DNA of 64,000 bases from Rhina ancylostomus (lineage: Eukaryota): NCBI GenBank assembly GCA_030265395.1, contig JARFYF010000050.1, positions 27,463,774 through 27,527,773 of the forward strand, read 5' to 3'. Positions 26,501 through 40,799 of this stretch are shown in pieces. How positions within the stretch are numbered: the stretch's first letter is position 1; each line of letters opens with the position of its first letter. Both the position numbers and the translations under genes were made by a program. Under the pieces are notes generated by a model. The model was not told where the DNA came from and searched no databases. It saw nothing but the letters and a program-made list of their open reading frames with translations.

Positions 26501-29286
26501 TTCGCAATCACTAAATCAGAAAGCCATTAAAAAATATTTGGAAGCAGACTGTTTACAAGAGTTTGAAGTTATTTATTCCCTCTATCTTCTCAGAGTTCCC
26601 CTCTGACTTGTATATTTTGAAACATCAAACTATCATTTTCTTTATGATATTGGTATAGTATTTCCAGTGATGCACATTTAAAAGAATGGGAAAAAAGGGG
26701 AAATACTACAACATCATGCAATAAAAGGTTGCTTTTACGTACAGTCCTTCACTAGTGTTGCCAAAGTATAACAAAAATATTATTCTGTGTCCCCCCCCGC
26801 CCCCCCACCACCCCAGAGTTGGCAGCTGATCTATGTGTTTCTAAACTTTTTCATTATTTGCTTACAAAAATTCTACAATAATTAACCAACTGACTTAGGG
26901 ATCCACTAGAATGGCTGTGGTGGAAAATGCGTAATGCTGCATTGGTTTATCTGGGTTAAAACTAATCATTTTACTAAGAACTTGGATATGAAAAATATTG
27001 GACCAAAAAGTAATTCGACAATCAGAAACTACAGAACCTCCATGATCAATGAGACACCAGAGGTGAAGTACTTAGGGATTTGTTATACCTAAGGAATGAG
27101 AGATTTTTAAGCAGACCTAGGTAGGTTCTTGATAAGAGGGTTTAGAATTACTATTGGTCAACTGGAATACAGAACTGAAGTTTCAATTGTTGAAACAACT
27201 GAAGTTTCACCAATGATTTATTAATTGGTGAAACAAGCTCAAGGGACCTACTCCTGCTTAATTTAAATGAAAGAACGTGGTTTTGTAGGAGGTGGAAAGC
27301 AAACAAGAAAGTAAGCAAGGATTGCTTCAACAACGACAACTATGATCAATTGAAAGGTAATGTGAAATGGCAAGATCTTGAGATAGTTATGAATACATGT
27401 GATAGATTTTCTACTAAGGGAAAATGATGCACAAGCTCAGAGGGAAGAGAACAAAAAAGCATCAAGACGGAAACTATTGAGAATAAATAGTACAGAGGCT
27501 GAATGAGAACAGAGATCTCATTGTGAAACTTAATGGTATACTTAAATGGAAGATGAAGAAGAAATATCTTAAATGGGAAGTATAGCAGATGGAACAAGGT
27601 AGGAAATCAAGAAAAGAATTTGCCAGAGGAGGAGCAAGACAGATCAAAGAATAAATTAGGTATGAGGGCTAAAGCAATAGAGTGACATTTTGAAGGTAGC
27701 TGGTAGAAATTAGACCCAAGCAGGGACTCTTCATTAAGAAATGAAAATCATTATGGCCCATGCCTCGATCATATTTCTGTTAAAGCCAAGGTAAGAATGG
27801 TAATAACCATATGAAAGGCAATTCACTGCCCAGAACTACATACACATACAGGAGATGAAAATGATAAAGGATCCAAATTATCAAGGTTTGCAGAAGTGCA
27901 TCAAATGTGGAAGATGCTGATATGATTAGCCCCTGGCAGATGTGCAGGACTGAAGAGGCAGGGAGTAAATAATACAGACAAGTGGAGTTGTTGCTCACAA
28001 GGAGGTAGCAACAAAGTGTCACAATTTTTCTTCTGGAGACTATCAACACTGAGGGAGGCTATAGCGTAATCCTAGAATAAAATAAGCAGGAAAGTAGGAG
28101 AGATGAATGCTGAAGGAGTTGGTTTTGCGAGTGTAAAACATCAGGGGGGTGGCAAAAAGGAATGTTGAAGGGGCAAAAAGAGGATGAAATAATGAAAAAG
28201 GGAAGTAGAACTCAAGAGCTCAAGTCTGCAACAGAGGCCAAAATGTCCATGCAAATAGCCAGGGGGATGCTATGTTATACAATAGACACTGCACCTCTAC
28301 TGTTATCAGTTTACATTTTCAGTCCCCAGAGTGAACCTGAAACATCCTGGTCTGCATGAGAAGATGCCACATTACAGGACACCCATGTATGTTTATTTTT
28401 AAATTTTGCAAACCCAAAAGCCTCCTGTTTATACTTCAGCTAAATTCTGAAACAAGCATATAAAAACCACAATATTGGTTCCTCCCCTTCTGCAATTAAA
28501 CACCTAGCCTCATTTTTCTTTGTATCCAACCTCTGGACACATATGAACATTAGCCATTGACAAAGTTGGCAACTAATGGGACTCAGAACCTCAAACAAAT
28601 GAACAGGAATGAAGCAGATACCTCAATCAGTACAACACAATTCTGCCCTGCACCTTTTTAAAGAAAATTTTCAAATCTTACAATTGAAAAATAATTACTA
28701 AAAGAATTTGCACTTCTTAATTACTTTATGTAAAGAAAAACTAATGCACGAAACTGACAAATATAAGCAGCGACTTTATTTGTGAAATCCTAGGGGAAAA
28801 GAATTTATTTTTACCCCCTCGGGTAACTTGTTCCAAAGTTTCAGCAAATAAAGGAAGGACAATACTTGGCAGAATGGTTTAGCTTTTTTAAATGTCAAAA
28901 TAGCATTGGTAACTGAATGTCAGGTTTAATAATACAAAGATTTTTTTCTGCCCTTTAACCCTGTACAGATTTCTACAAAGATCTCCATAAACAAATAGGA
29001 TTTCTTTGACAACTGCAACTTCTAAATGGATACCAAAATATTACTCGTTCTCAACTTATCTCATCTAAATGTAACCCCTGCACACAAAAAATATGTTCCA
29101 AAACTGTGTGAAAATAGGATAAATTATTTCACAGAACAATTTTTCTGCTCCAAAATTACTTGAGAGATTATTTGAGTTTTTGAGAAAAGAGCAGAATGTA
29201 TATGGTCTATGCTTAAAAGAATTATTATGACATGAATTGATATGTGGGAGATTTATCAGTACAATATGTGAACTAGCTTGGTGTTA

Positions 29287-30420
29287 TCGAGTTGTGTACA
29301 GCACAGAAATGGGCTCCTCAGCCTACCACCTCTATGTCAACATTTTTGCCCATCTATACGAATTTCATTTGCCCACATTTGCTCCGTTTCTATGCCTTGC
29401 GTATTTAAGTACCCATCTAAATGCCTCTTAAACATTGTGAGTGTATCTGACTTTGCATCCTCTGGCAGCACATTCCAGATGTCATACTGTGTAAAATAAA
29501 ACTTTCCTCTTATATCCCTTTTAAAACTCATTCCTCACACCTCTCATTTTTGATACCCATACCATGGGAAAAAGATTCCATATACCCTATGCCTTTTATA
29601 ATTTTATGTACCTCTATCAGGTCACCCCTCAAGTTCCTTTGCTCCAGGGGAAAAAAAAAACACTCTATCCAATTTCTTCCTATAATTGAAGTCCTCCAAT
29701 CCAGGCAACATCCTGGTGAATATCCTACGTACTCTCTCCAGCACAACCACATCCTTCCTACAGTGGGATAACCAGAACCGCGCACATGTGGTCCAATCAT
29801 GTTTTTTTGTCAAGTTGCAACATAACATTCCAACTATCTATGCCCCAATTTATGAAGGAAAGCATGATATAAGCCCTCTTCACCACCCTACCTACGTGTC
29901 GCCACTTTCAGAGAGCTATGGACTTCAACCGCAAGGTCCGTCTCTTCACCAACATCCCTTAATGCCTGACCATTTACTGTACATGTCCTACCACCATTTG
30001 ACTTTTCAAAATGCAGCATCTCCCACTTATGAGAATAAATACCATCTGCTAGTGCTCCAACCCAACTTTCCATTTGACCTATATCCTGCTGTAGCCTTTG
30101 AAATCTTCCTCACTATCCACAACACCACCAACGTTCATGTATTTCGCAAATTTACTAATCATACCTCTTACATTGACATTCAAGTTGTTAATACACATCA
30201 CAAAGAACAGGGGTTACAGCACTTGTAACTGCTCTGGACCGCTGGTCACAGACTTCCAATCAGGAAACCATACGTCCACTGCTACCCTCTGCCACCTCTC
30301 ACCAAGTCAATTTTGGATCCAATTAGCCAGCTCACCTTGGATCCCATATGACTTAACCTTCTGGACCAGCCTACCATGCAAAAGCTTATCAAATGCCTTA
30401 CTAAAGTCCATACAGGCAAA
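29287..30420 (-). mobile_element. CR1 LINE 3' half
   Basis: ORF fragments RKDVVVLERVRRIFTRMLPGLEDFNY and LEQRNLRGDLIEVHKIIKG; parallels the 22578-23670 copy. Confidence 0.9.
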
Positions 30421-31264
30421 TGGTCATAGCATAATGAACAATAATTTCAGTCATCATCAGGCACAATTATCTGAAGCTTCTAGGTGCAAAGTGAAACCTT
30501 AAGGACAGAATGGCAAACCAAAACAGACCAACAATGGAATAACAATTTCAAAATATTCTGATGATTTTTGATGTTCACTGGAAAGATTGCGTAAAACATC
30601 CTCACCGCCTACCGAACTAAAGACTTATCTAATCATAATTGCACCATTGACTATTGCAAGCATGTTAACAAACACTTCACTGTATCTGAAAACAAAAAGA
30701 ATGTAACATAAAAAGTGATCAATTTATCAATTAAAATAAACTTTAGTTCCTAGTCAAAAATAGGATATTTTCTTAAAGTGATTATGATAACAGTATACAT
30801 ATTTTGTTTTTACGCTGGGCGGGAGTGTGGAGAAAGAGCCCAGAGATAAGGTTTATCTATGCTTCTGTGGAAGGAGTTGGGCATAAATGCCAAGTGCCTT
30901 TCCTTAACTGCATGGCTTTGTCTCCATTGTCTGAATAACATACCAAATGACCATAAGGTAAAGGAAAGAATGAAAGACGTTCTTTAAAAATGTTATTATG
31001 CAGGCTTAATCAGAAGCCACACGTAAGTATTTCTGTTAAAAATATTGACATAATTTGTTGAACTATTTAAAATATAGTGTCCTGCTAACTGATGCTATTC
31101 TAAATCTATGTTCATTGCAACACAATCTAATGATCTGTATTAATAACCACATCAGTCTTTGAAAACTGTGTTTAAGAAACATATGTCACAAGTACAGTGA
31201 GTATTTTGTTTTATAAAACTATCTCTACCCATTGAGCTGAAAAACAATAATATACATACATAGT

Positions 31265-31343
31265 CATAAGAAATTCTGCAGATGCTGGATGTATCTGGAG
31301 CAATACACAAAAAGTGCTGGAAGAACTTTTATGGATATATATG
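31265..31343. repeat. Short Penelope-type terminal-repeat insertion with TSD
   Basis: AAGAAATTCTGCAGATGCTGG..CTGGAGCAATACACAAAAAGTGCTGGAAGAACT flanked by CATACATAGT at 31255-31264 and 31344-31353. Confidence 0.6.
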
Positions 31344-34300
31344 CATACATAGTGTCCATATTAACAGAGGAGATGTTAATTTGCAGGTTGTTCCACCATT
31401 AAAGTATATTCTGCCATTGAATTCAATCATGGTACCACGTCAATTAGTATTTTCAATTCTGTCTATAGCTTTTTGGGAAGCGGTCCAGATCAGTTTAAAA
31501 GAAAATGAAGAATAATTTATTTAAACTATGCAGATAAAAGATCATTAAACTTCAAAGATTTCACTGACAAATTACTATGAAATGCAACTACAAAAGAAAT
31601 ATATCACCTGTCCATTCTCTAATCCAGAGAATGATACATGGTCAGAGAGAAGGACATGGCTAAAAATATTGGCTTTTCTATCTCATCTGGGACCAGAACA
31701 TCTAGAAGATGTTTTGCATGTTAGCTGCTGGGGTGTGAAAGGGAAGCAGTCACATATTATAGTGCCCCCAGAAAGAACTACTTAATGTTGTCCCAATTTC
31801 ACAAGATCGCTCTCTCCAATGGGTACATTTAATATAAAGGTTTCATTTTTCTTCGCTATGAAGGGTGAGCTCCACCACCACAGGGAGAGTAATTGTTTGC
31901 AAGATCTGTTTGCAACAAGAGAGCAGAGAGACAATTTACCACCTCCTGAATAAGCTAAGAGAACAACTAGCTAAATACAGAGTTTGCAGTGCTGTTCATG
32001 GTGTTCCAACCTTCTAGACTTTTGTCCTCTTGCAAATAACAACTCATCTCCAGCTTTGTTTTCTTTAACAAAGAATGAAGCAAAAATGTGTGTTTTCTGC
32101 ACATCTCAAATTAGTACTCTGTCCACTTTCATTTCCACATCCAAACCATAATTCATTTCTCATGATTTGATACTGAGATGCCAATTGGTCCATTTTCCAA
32201 ATCAATTCTTGTGGGCTCCTCGCTCATCCACCCACTGGAAAGAATGTTGAAATCAACATTAGGTCCCATTAACGTAATTTTCAAGGTGTGTATTATTCTT
32301 TCTCTCACTGATTTGTAAAGCCTTTTTTTTACAGACCCTTCTCTTTACCCAAGCTTTTGACTCCCATTTCCTTGTCTATTATTCGTCCCTGCTGCTCAAA
32401 TCTCCTCTTTTATCCCCAACAAGGCAGACTGAATAATCATCCCAAATGTTAGTCGATGCTATAAAAATAAAAGTTACTGTGGTTGTTACCTGTCAAAATA
32501 TGGACATGATTACCATGTGCAAAGATATGTACCTGCCTACCTGCAATCAGTCTAGCAGTTAAACACATGAACATAGAATTTAACATTTCATCCTGTTGAA
32601 TATATTGGCTGTACAACATATGCTTGTGTGGCATACTCAGGTGTATTGGCTGTAAGAATCCATTTGCAAACCTCTCATAATACCTCAAGTTCTCCCAAGC
32701 TCTTAATATTATGCTGCTAGTCAAAAAATGCAGATGTACAAATCAAGTTTTATATCTGCAATAGAACACCATACATCTACCCAAAAGTCTACATTCAAAA
32801 CTAGTATTGACCAACATTCTTGATTCTTCATAATGTACATTTTGATAGGTAGATTTGTTAATTAACTGATTAATAATGGGAACATAAAAACACATGTTTT
32901 CTGAAGGTTGTAAACTATTCATTATCTACAAAACTGCTGAAGAAACTCAGCTGCATTTTTCCATTAACTTTGCACCATGTCACTACATAATGTCATTCAA
33001 CATCAAGTCAGAGAGGAGCTAGAAGTGCTCAGCACTGGTGAATTAAATAATTTGCTTGACTCCTCCTGGGAATGCTACACCAAAGCTTCTTAATCCTATT
33101 CCTCTTCTTTAATACTTCCTCCTGCTCAAACTCAACATGTAAAATCTCAGTCTTTTACTCAATCACAAGTTGTACTCCCAACATTCAGTCCACCAGCCAT
33201 ACTACTTCTACATACACATCATTCTCTTTTGTACTGTTCCTCTTTCTACCTCAAAAGTTCTCACCTGCAACTTCATCCCCAAACTCAAAAGACTTCTTGT
33301 TGGTCTCCCAAACTTTATCGTGCATCAACTCATCTATTTTGCTACCTGACCCCCATTTGTATAAAATGTTACTCCAATATTAACCCTGTCTGTACTGATC
33401 TCCATTAGGTCTCACTATTCAATGCAACAACTTCAAATTTTTTAATGCTGGTCACAGAAATATTATTCTTTTTCATCTTTCTAATCTGCTTCTGTCTTAT
33501 GAACCAACCTGTTATTTTCCATGCACTAAATCTGGGTGATGCTATTATCTACATTCCCTTTATTCACATAATTGGCAAAACTTTCAATGCTGTTACCTCC
33601 ATACAATGGACTTCCTTCCCTTTACCTGTCTATGTCCGTCCTCAAATACCCTCCTTATTTTTTTTCCTCCTCACCAGCCCCTTGTAGTGAACTATTATTA
33701 AAGATTGCACTGGTTCCACTTGACAAAGTAAAAACAATTGATAAATATTTCATTTGCAATTCAATAAATGTGAGCCAAAAAGCCAGCATTTTCCAAAAGT
33801 TACAAACTCTTTTACTCATCCATCTTCCCCATCAACCTACATAAATGGGCAATATCACAGATAGTGCAGTGCCCCTTCAGGAGAGCAGTCAAGAGTAAGC
33901 CTCAAGCATATGCGCAAGTCTCTGAAGTGGAACCAGAACCCAGAGTCTTTTTATTATGAGGTAAGAGTGCTGCCATTATACCAAACCATACATGAGACAA
34001 CAGTATGAAAACAGGTTGCATGACTCAACCACTCACAAAACTGATTTAACGAACACCCACACCCACACAGATTTCCTGTTGGAACACTCTGATGCTGGAT
34101 AGAACAAATGTAATTTTGTTATTAACCTGGAAACCACAGAAAATATCCTCTAGTGCACCCTTTTAATATTCATGTTGTTTGCTCACAAGAAAGTAGTTAT
34201 AAGGAAACGATATGTCATTATGTATGCTCATTTTGGTTATTAAAGGAAATGTTATTGGCCACATTGAAATGGGATTTATACACAATTAAATGTGGAAATT

Positions 34301-34699
34301 TTGGAGCTTTATAAACATTGAAATATTCATCTGTGTTTAGGAATCCTATTTCAAACTGTACATTTTATTGCTTAATATTTTCTGAAGGAACTTGAACACT
34401 AAACTTGAGAAATGCAACACAAATATGGCTGGCAAAACTAGTTTGGTAAGGTAGAATACAATCTGGAAATATAATTATTGCAACAGTATTTTAAAGGTAG
34501 ATTTCTTAAGGAGATTGGAGAAGGGGAAAGAAAAATGTATAAACAAAAGGCCAGTGTAAGCAGAATTACAGTTCAAACAAGAGAGCTTGCTTACACTACA
34601 AAAGTTCAAGTTTGTATAAACATGACTGCTTGCTGTAAAATGGCCAGAAGAAACCAAAACAATTTTGCTTTGCAAATTGGGTACTGAGCTAATACTGGA

Positions 34700-34926
34700 A
34701 GAAAACTGTAACTGGATAGAACGCATGAATCATTGCTCGGGGCAGGAATAACATCGGGTGCATCTCCATACCCTCAGGGCCCAACTCCTTCACTTATAGT
34801 CCCTCCTATTAGAATTACTGGCTTCATTTTCAACCAGCAATCAAGGAGAGCACATACTTTGCTTAGGCGCAGTTTACTTATTGCAACAAAAGCAAATCAA
34901 CAGAAAGTTACATATATAAGGTAAGT
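34700..34926 (+). promoter_or_regulatory. Candidate ZNF750 promoter/non-coding first exon ending at donor AAG|GTAAGT (34920/34921)
   Basis: Consensus donor upstream of the 42186 acceptor; TGAATCA, CCCTCAGGGC and ATTGCAAC motifs nearby; repeat-poor region. Not verifiable from sequence alone. Confidence 0.3.
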
Positions 34927-37449
34927 GCATTTTTAAAAAAACTTATCTCTAACAATAAAACCAGTTGCAACATGATTTTAGTAAAAGATTAACAAGCATT
35001 ATAAACTAAGTTATGACTTGTGTAATAATACTGTATTGTGGTTGTGTTAAATATTATGTACAAAGACAATGATAAAAACTTCAATCCTCTAAATGTCTCG
35101 ATGGTCAGCAAAGGCATTTGCTATTTAAGGCACATTCAATTACTGTACAGCGCATATGAAAAGTTGTAATCAATCTTGAACATAATTTCTAATTAAATCA
35201 ACTAACATATTGGGATGTATTATGGAATATGGCAAAGTAGGGCTTGAAAATAATCACCAGGAACTTCCCCGAGAAAAGCACACCTGTAAGCCAATTACAG
35301 GGATCACCTGATTTATTTACTCACACACCATTACATTACAAAGGCCAAAAAAAAAGTCCTGGAAAAAACTGTTTATTGGTAAGTACTACTAACTTATAAA
35401 CACACTCCTCAAAAGTGAACATAGTTTTCCTTCTTTAAGACATCATTTTATAATCGCGGTGTGAAATTAGCTTGAAGTATAAAAATGAAATACATTCGGT
35501 TGCAATTTAAATTTTGACGGATAGAATTAAGTTAAAACAGAGACCACAGGCACAAAAGATGTTATTCCTTAACTAAAAGGGAGAGATGTTTCTCATGCAC
35601 CTGTGCTACAGCCTGAAACAATGTGCTAAAATAAGCTTAAAGTCTGTGTCAGCACATACACACCCACTCCAGGAACCAGCATCTAAATTTCCACATTCAT
35701 CGTCATTCTGTCCTCCAGGCACAGAAATGAGCCAACAGGAGATGAACACATAGACAACTTGTGAAATACAGAATATGTATTTTCTAGAAAACAGATATTC
35801 ATGTGGTTCAATGTTACTTAAATGAGGTTTATCCAAACAAATTTAATCTAGTTTGATTTTTCCTAGTTTTGATTTATGTAGACCTTTGGGAATATAATGA
35901 GGTCAGTGGTCAGTGCATTAATATTTTATGTCATGGAAGTTTATGTAAGGAATTTCCAAAATCAGAATGTTCTCAGTCTAATGACTTTGGAGATTGGTTT
36001 TGGGAAGAAGGGCATGCAGACAGAAAATTCAAAACATTTTGTGCACCTGCTTGGGACAGGAACAGGATACAAAGTTGCATTAGAAGTAGCTCCTTACAGT
36101 TTCAGATAGGTACTACTGATAAGCAAAAAAGTGGAGCTTCAGTGAAAACAAAGACAGACTGCCTTCAGTTTACTAATGAATAGATTTCTCAATTTAAAAC
36201 TGATTCTATTGGTGCTCCCATGTTAAAATAACTTTGCTTACTTTTAAAAAAGATTTTAACAGAGTAATTAAATATATCTTTCACATGAAACTACAAAAAT
36301 GTATTACAAACTAATCTAGTTTTGAATCAACAAAACTAGTGTACAAGATTCTCTGCACCTCAATTCTTGATAGCAAAATGTACTCAATTGTGACGCTGAG
36401 AATCATCAACATAAATAATGGTTTTGGAAGCAGAACTTTAAAGTAAAATTAGACAAGTTTACAAAGAGTTTAACTTTCCTTTTCAGAATAAAATAGGTTT
36501 CCTATCCATGAATAAGGTAACTTGAAACAATCAGATCTTTGCCTCCTTTAGACTCACTCTGGTAGAAAAGAGGAATCATTTTTACTTTGGGTGGTTCAAA
36601 AGTACTTCATTCCTGACCTTTAAATTGCCAAAATAGCTGGGAGCCCATTTTTGTGCATAGTACAATTTCACCAACAAAATCAAAATAGAACGAGTTGGCA
36701 TGCCATTAGAGGGTGGCATAATCAGTTGCTAAATGTTTCCCTGCAGGGAGGGAGAAAAAAGGAAGGACAACTCATGCGACCTGCTCTTGAACATATCTCA
36801 AATGTACATAAAAGAAGCACCGAAGAGACAAGGCAATCAGGTGGTGGCAGGGAGATAGTGCTGGGAGATTTTTTGTACAGATAAGATATATAAAAATGGC
36901 ATGAATAATGTAGTGGAAATAAAAAAAATGTATACTCAATTTTATTTTGGAACGTTTCCAATTTGTGCATTGGCAAATGCTGTTTTAAACAAAAAAAAAT
37001 TAGTTTATAATCTAATACTTAACTACTCAAAAATGAGGTGACAGTGGAAATATGGCAACTTATATACATGATACTTCTGAATTGTATTAAGTCTTTTTAT
37101 TTAACTTCATGTACTGTTTTGCCATGGACAATTTATCATATCACATTCAAGTACCCATTCATCAAGCGTGAGCCCAGATTATGAATAACACCAAGTTATT
37201 TGACTGTGGTGTGAGAGCAACAATCTGAGAATCAAATTCTCACAAAATGTAAACTGGACATAAATGGACAAGCAAAGATGAATCAATGACAACCACAAGA
37301 ACTCTAGGGAATGTTCAAACTAGGCCAGCAACAGAGCAGTCACATTTATCATCCTATTACTTTTGCAACTGAGATTAGCCAGATGATCACTGGCCAAGAA
37401 CTGAATTTGGGACCTTTATCTATTGGGTCCATACATATGATATTTCCTC

Positions 37450-37780
37450 ATGACACAGGAGGACATTTTGGCCCATCAAGCATTTTCCAGCTCATAGAGC
37501 AATTCCAACCCCCATTAATATTCCCTGTAATCTATTCTCCCTGCACTCCCATCAGCTCCCTCCAGGTTCAACTACTCATCCACATACTGTGAGGAACTAA
37601 GTGGCCAATTAAGCTACTAGCTCACATCTTTGGGATGTTTGAGGGAAGTGGAGCATCCGAGGGTACCTCACGCAGTCAAAGAAAATGTGTAAACCACACA
37701 AACAGTACCAGAGGTTGGAAATGAACATGGATCACTGGAACTATGAGGCAGCAGCTCTACTAGCTGTATCACAGTGCCTA
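37450..37780 (-). mobile_element. V-SINE, older copy
   Basis: CACATCTTTGGGATGTTTGAGGGAAGTGGAGCATCCGAGG...TGAGGCAGCAGCTCTACTAGCTG. Confidence 0.7.
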
Positions 37781-40700
37781 CCAAATCTTGTTGAAACCAA
37801 ACAAAGCATACTATTTCTGATCTTCCTGCGACTAATTCTGGGAAGCACCATTCTCTTAAAATAATTGTTTAAAATAGCAATTTTTTCAGATACATATCTT
37901 TAAATGTATAGAATCAATCAAACTCATGAATACTACATTTGTAATTCCAAGCACTGGGCAACACCACAACACCAACCAAATATCTGCAGGGAACGAGTCA
38001 GGAATTGTTTCAAAAACAGAATCAACACTTAAAGTGGGTAGATCTGGAAACTTTCAAGATATATCCAGATTTATCCTATTTTATCAGGCTGAAGGCAGGT
38101 ACCGCCAATATCTGAAACTGAAATGCAGAAGAGCAAGGACTATTCCAAGAATGTTCAAGCAGATACACTAAAACCCTGATCAATATAAGAAACAGATCAA
38201 AATTACATGAAATAGTTTTTAAACATCATTGAATTCACAACTCATATTATGCTAATTGTATCAAAAATATTGAAAATTTCATATTATGATTGTTCATTTT
38301 AACATGGTATTACCCAACATGCAATTATTCCCTGTCAAACAGTCTCAATAAAACTTACCCCAGAAAGTTTGACATGAAGCTTTTACAGAATGTTAAATGA
38401 CTTATTTATCTAAAATGGTTAGATCAGATTCCAAAGGAATCATCAGTTGCAAACGTGCTGTGTATATAAACTGAAAGCTTAGTTATTATATACAACTTTC
38501 AGTGTTGTCGATGTGATTGATCATACGTCTCCAGCAGTAGACATTCTGGTTGGCTTTACCTGGGCATGCAACTGAAATTTTATTAAATCTTTCTGAGATT
38601 AAGAAGCCAACAGATGCCACTCTGTGGGCTCTGCAGTATTGTAATCAGCAAGAAGATTCAATTAAAACATTACATAGAACCACAAAAATCTGCAAATTAA
38701 TATTCAACAGAAATTTCACAAAAAATTGACATAATAGAGCATTTTTTTTAAACAGGGAATACAAGTGGAGATGTTTAATATATTACATGTGTAATGCAAT
38801 CAAACAAATATACTGCAGTACTTTTCAATAAAACAATCACTTTATATGACATAATAACATTGCACATTGCCTCTATGTAGGAAGGATCTATCCTCTCTCA
38901 GTAATAGAGGCCAAACTCAGAAAGAAACAAGTTAGACTGCTTTAAAAGCTAATAGAAAATTCAGAAGGTTTACATGAAATTGAAATATCTCTTGATTATA
39001 ACAATTGTACAGTCTGATCATATATGGCAGAATTCTTCAGAAAAAAAAATCATACTTCCCTAATTCTTGATCGCAACAGAACTTTAATGCAACATATCTA
39101 ATGCCAATGGTTTTTACATCTATTTATTTCTTTTGCTTACATCTCTCATAAGTGAAACAATATTGAGTAATAACTAAATGAACTTCTACCCTAATAAAGA
39201 GAAACCACAATCAACAATTAAACTATGCCTTACATTTATTTGGATGAATCACACATTAACTGNNNNNNNNNNNNNNNNNNNNNNNNNNNNNNNNNNNNNN
39301 NNNNNNNNNNNNNNNNNNNNNNNNNNNNNNNNNNNNNNNNNNNNNNNNNNNNNNNNNNNNNNTTATTTGGATGAATCAAACATTAACTTAAACATTATAT
39401 CAGAATATAATTTTTGGGATCAGAGTAATTAGTAATGTGGAATATTTCAGTTTACTCCTCATCATGAGAAAGCATCTAGCCTTTGGGGTAATATATTGCA
39501 GAAAGCCTCCAGACCATGAGAACGAAACCATCAGAGTTTCTCATGAACTAGGATCAGGACAATGCAATAAAGGCAAGCTGCAACAGGCCTTGCTGACAAC
39601 AGAAAAGTGTAAAGAACAAGCACTCTGAAATAATCTACTGATTTCCCAAACATCTTTCAGCCTTCTTATCGCATTGAAGTAATTTGAGCTCAACCAGGTT
39701 TCAACATGGATTATCTTGTTCTTACTAATATGAGGCAGGCAAATATCATTTGCTTTTCGCTGAAGAAAAATAACCTGAATACAGTGATTCACATTTTTCT
39801 GAAAAAAAGCACATTAACTGGGGATGTAGGATAGATGGAGTTTAACACAGTAGGGAAGTTGGCCCCAGGTTACAACAGAGTTCCATTCCTGAGAACTTTT
39901 CATAATCCAAATTGCTCCCAAATCAGAAATGAACAAAAGTAGTGTATGGGAGAGGATCACAGAAACAATTGTGACAAGATAGCGAGCAAGTGCAGGACGA
40001 GTGGCTGCCAGTCTCACTAATTCAGTGAGTGAGCGAGCCAGTCAACTCAGTGCTCCCAGCTCTGGCTGGCTCAACACAGCCATGTGGCTCGGTGTGCCCG
40101 GGGTGGGGGGGGGGCAGTGGGTTGGAGAGAGAAAGCACNNNNNNNNNNNNNNNNNNNNNNNNNNNNNNNNNNNNNNNNNNNNNNNNNNNNNNNNNNNNNN
40201 NNGTCCATAACCCAGGGAGGAGCTGTAAAGTGGTAGTTAGTAGGTGACAAGATATTCGGGCCAAATCTCTTTTATTTTATAGACATATTTATTTAATAGA
40301 ATGTGCAGTTAACCACGTCAGTTAGACTTGCAATTACTGGCAACTGGAGTCATAATTCAAATCATCCTGCCAAACAACATCAGTAACTGTAATACTATTC
40401 CTTCTCCACATCAAAATAACTGAATAATAAATCCATCAAAGCACAAACCCAAAGAGCAGAAACCCATCAACAAGCAAACCCTGCCATTCCAACTTAAGGA
40501 AGCTGTATGAAACCTAAAAGAAATTCATTGGAAGGGAAGATTGATAACAAAGAAACATTTTGCCACTGAATGCTTAAAAATACATTAATTAAAGCTTTAC
40601 ATGGGTTGCTGTCCAATTTAAAAAGAAACTGAATTAACCGTCTGAAACTTCATTTGCATAACAACCTGAGATGGGGCTACTTTGGGGGAAAAAGGACTTC

Positions 40701-40799
40701 ATGTAAATCAGGTGGCATAACTCTTTTTGTTATGGATTTGCTCCTAGATGGATAAAGATAAATGGGAGTTGATGAAATATTGTTCTGTTTGGCACTGAG

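Noticed and set aside
39235-39390. Repeat TTATTTGGATGAATCA.ACATTAACT on both sides of an N gap
   Set aside because: Typical unmerged contig overlap (assembly artefact).
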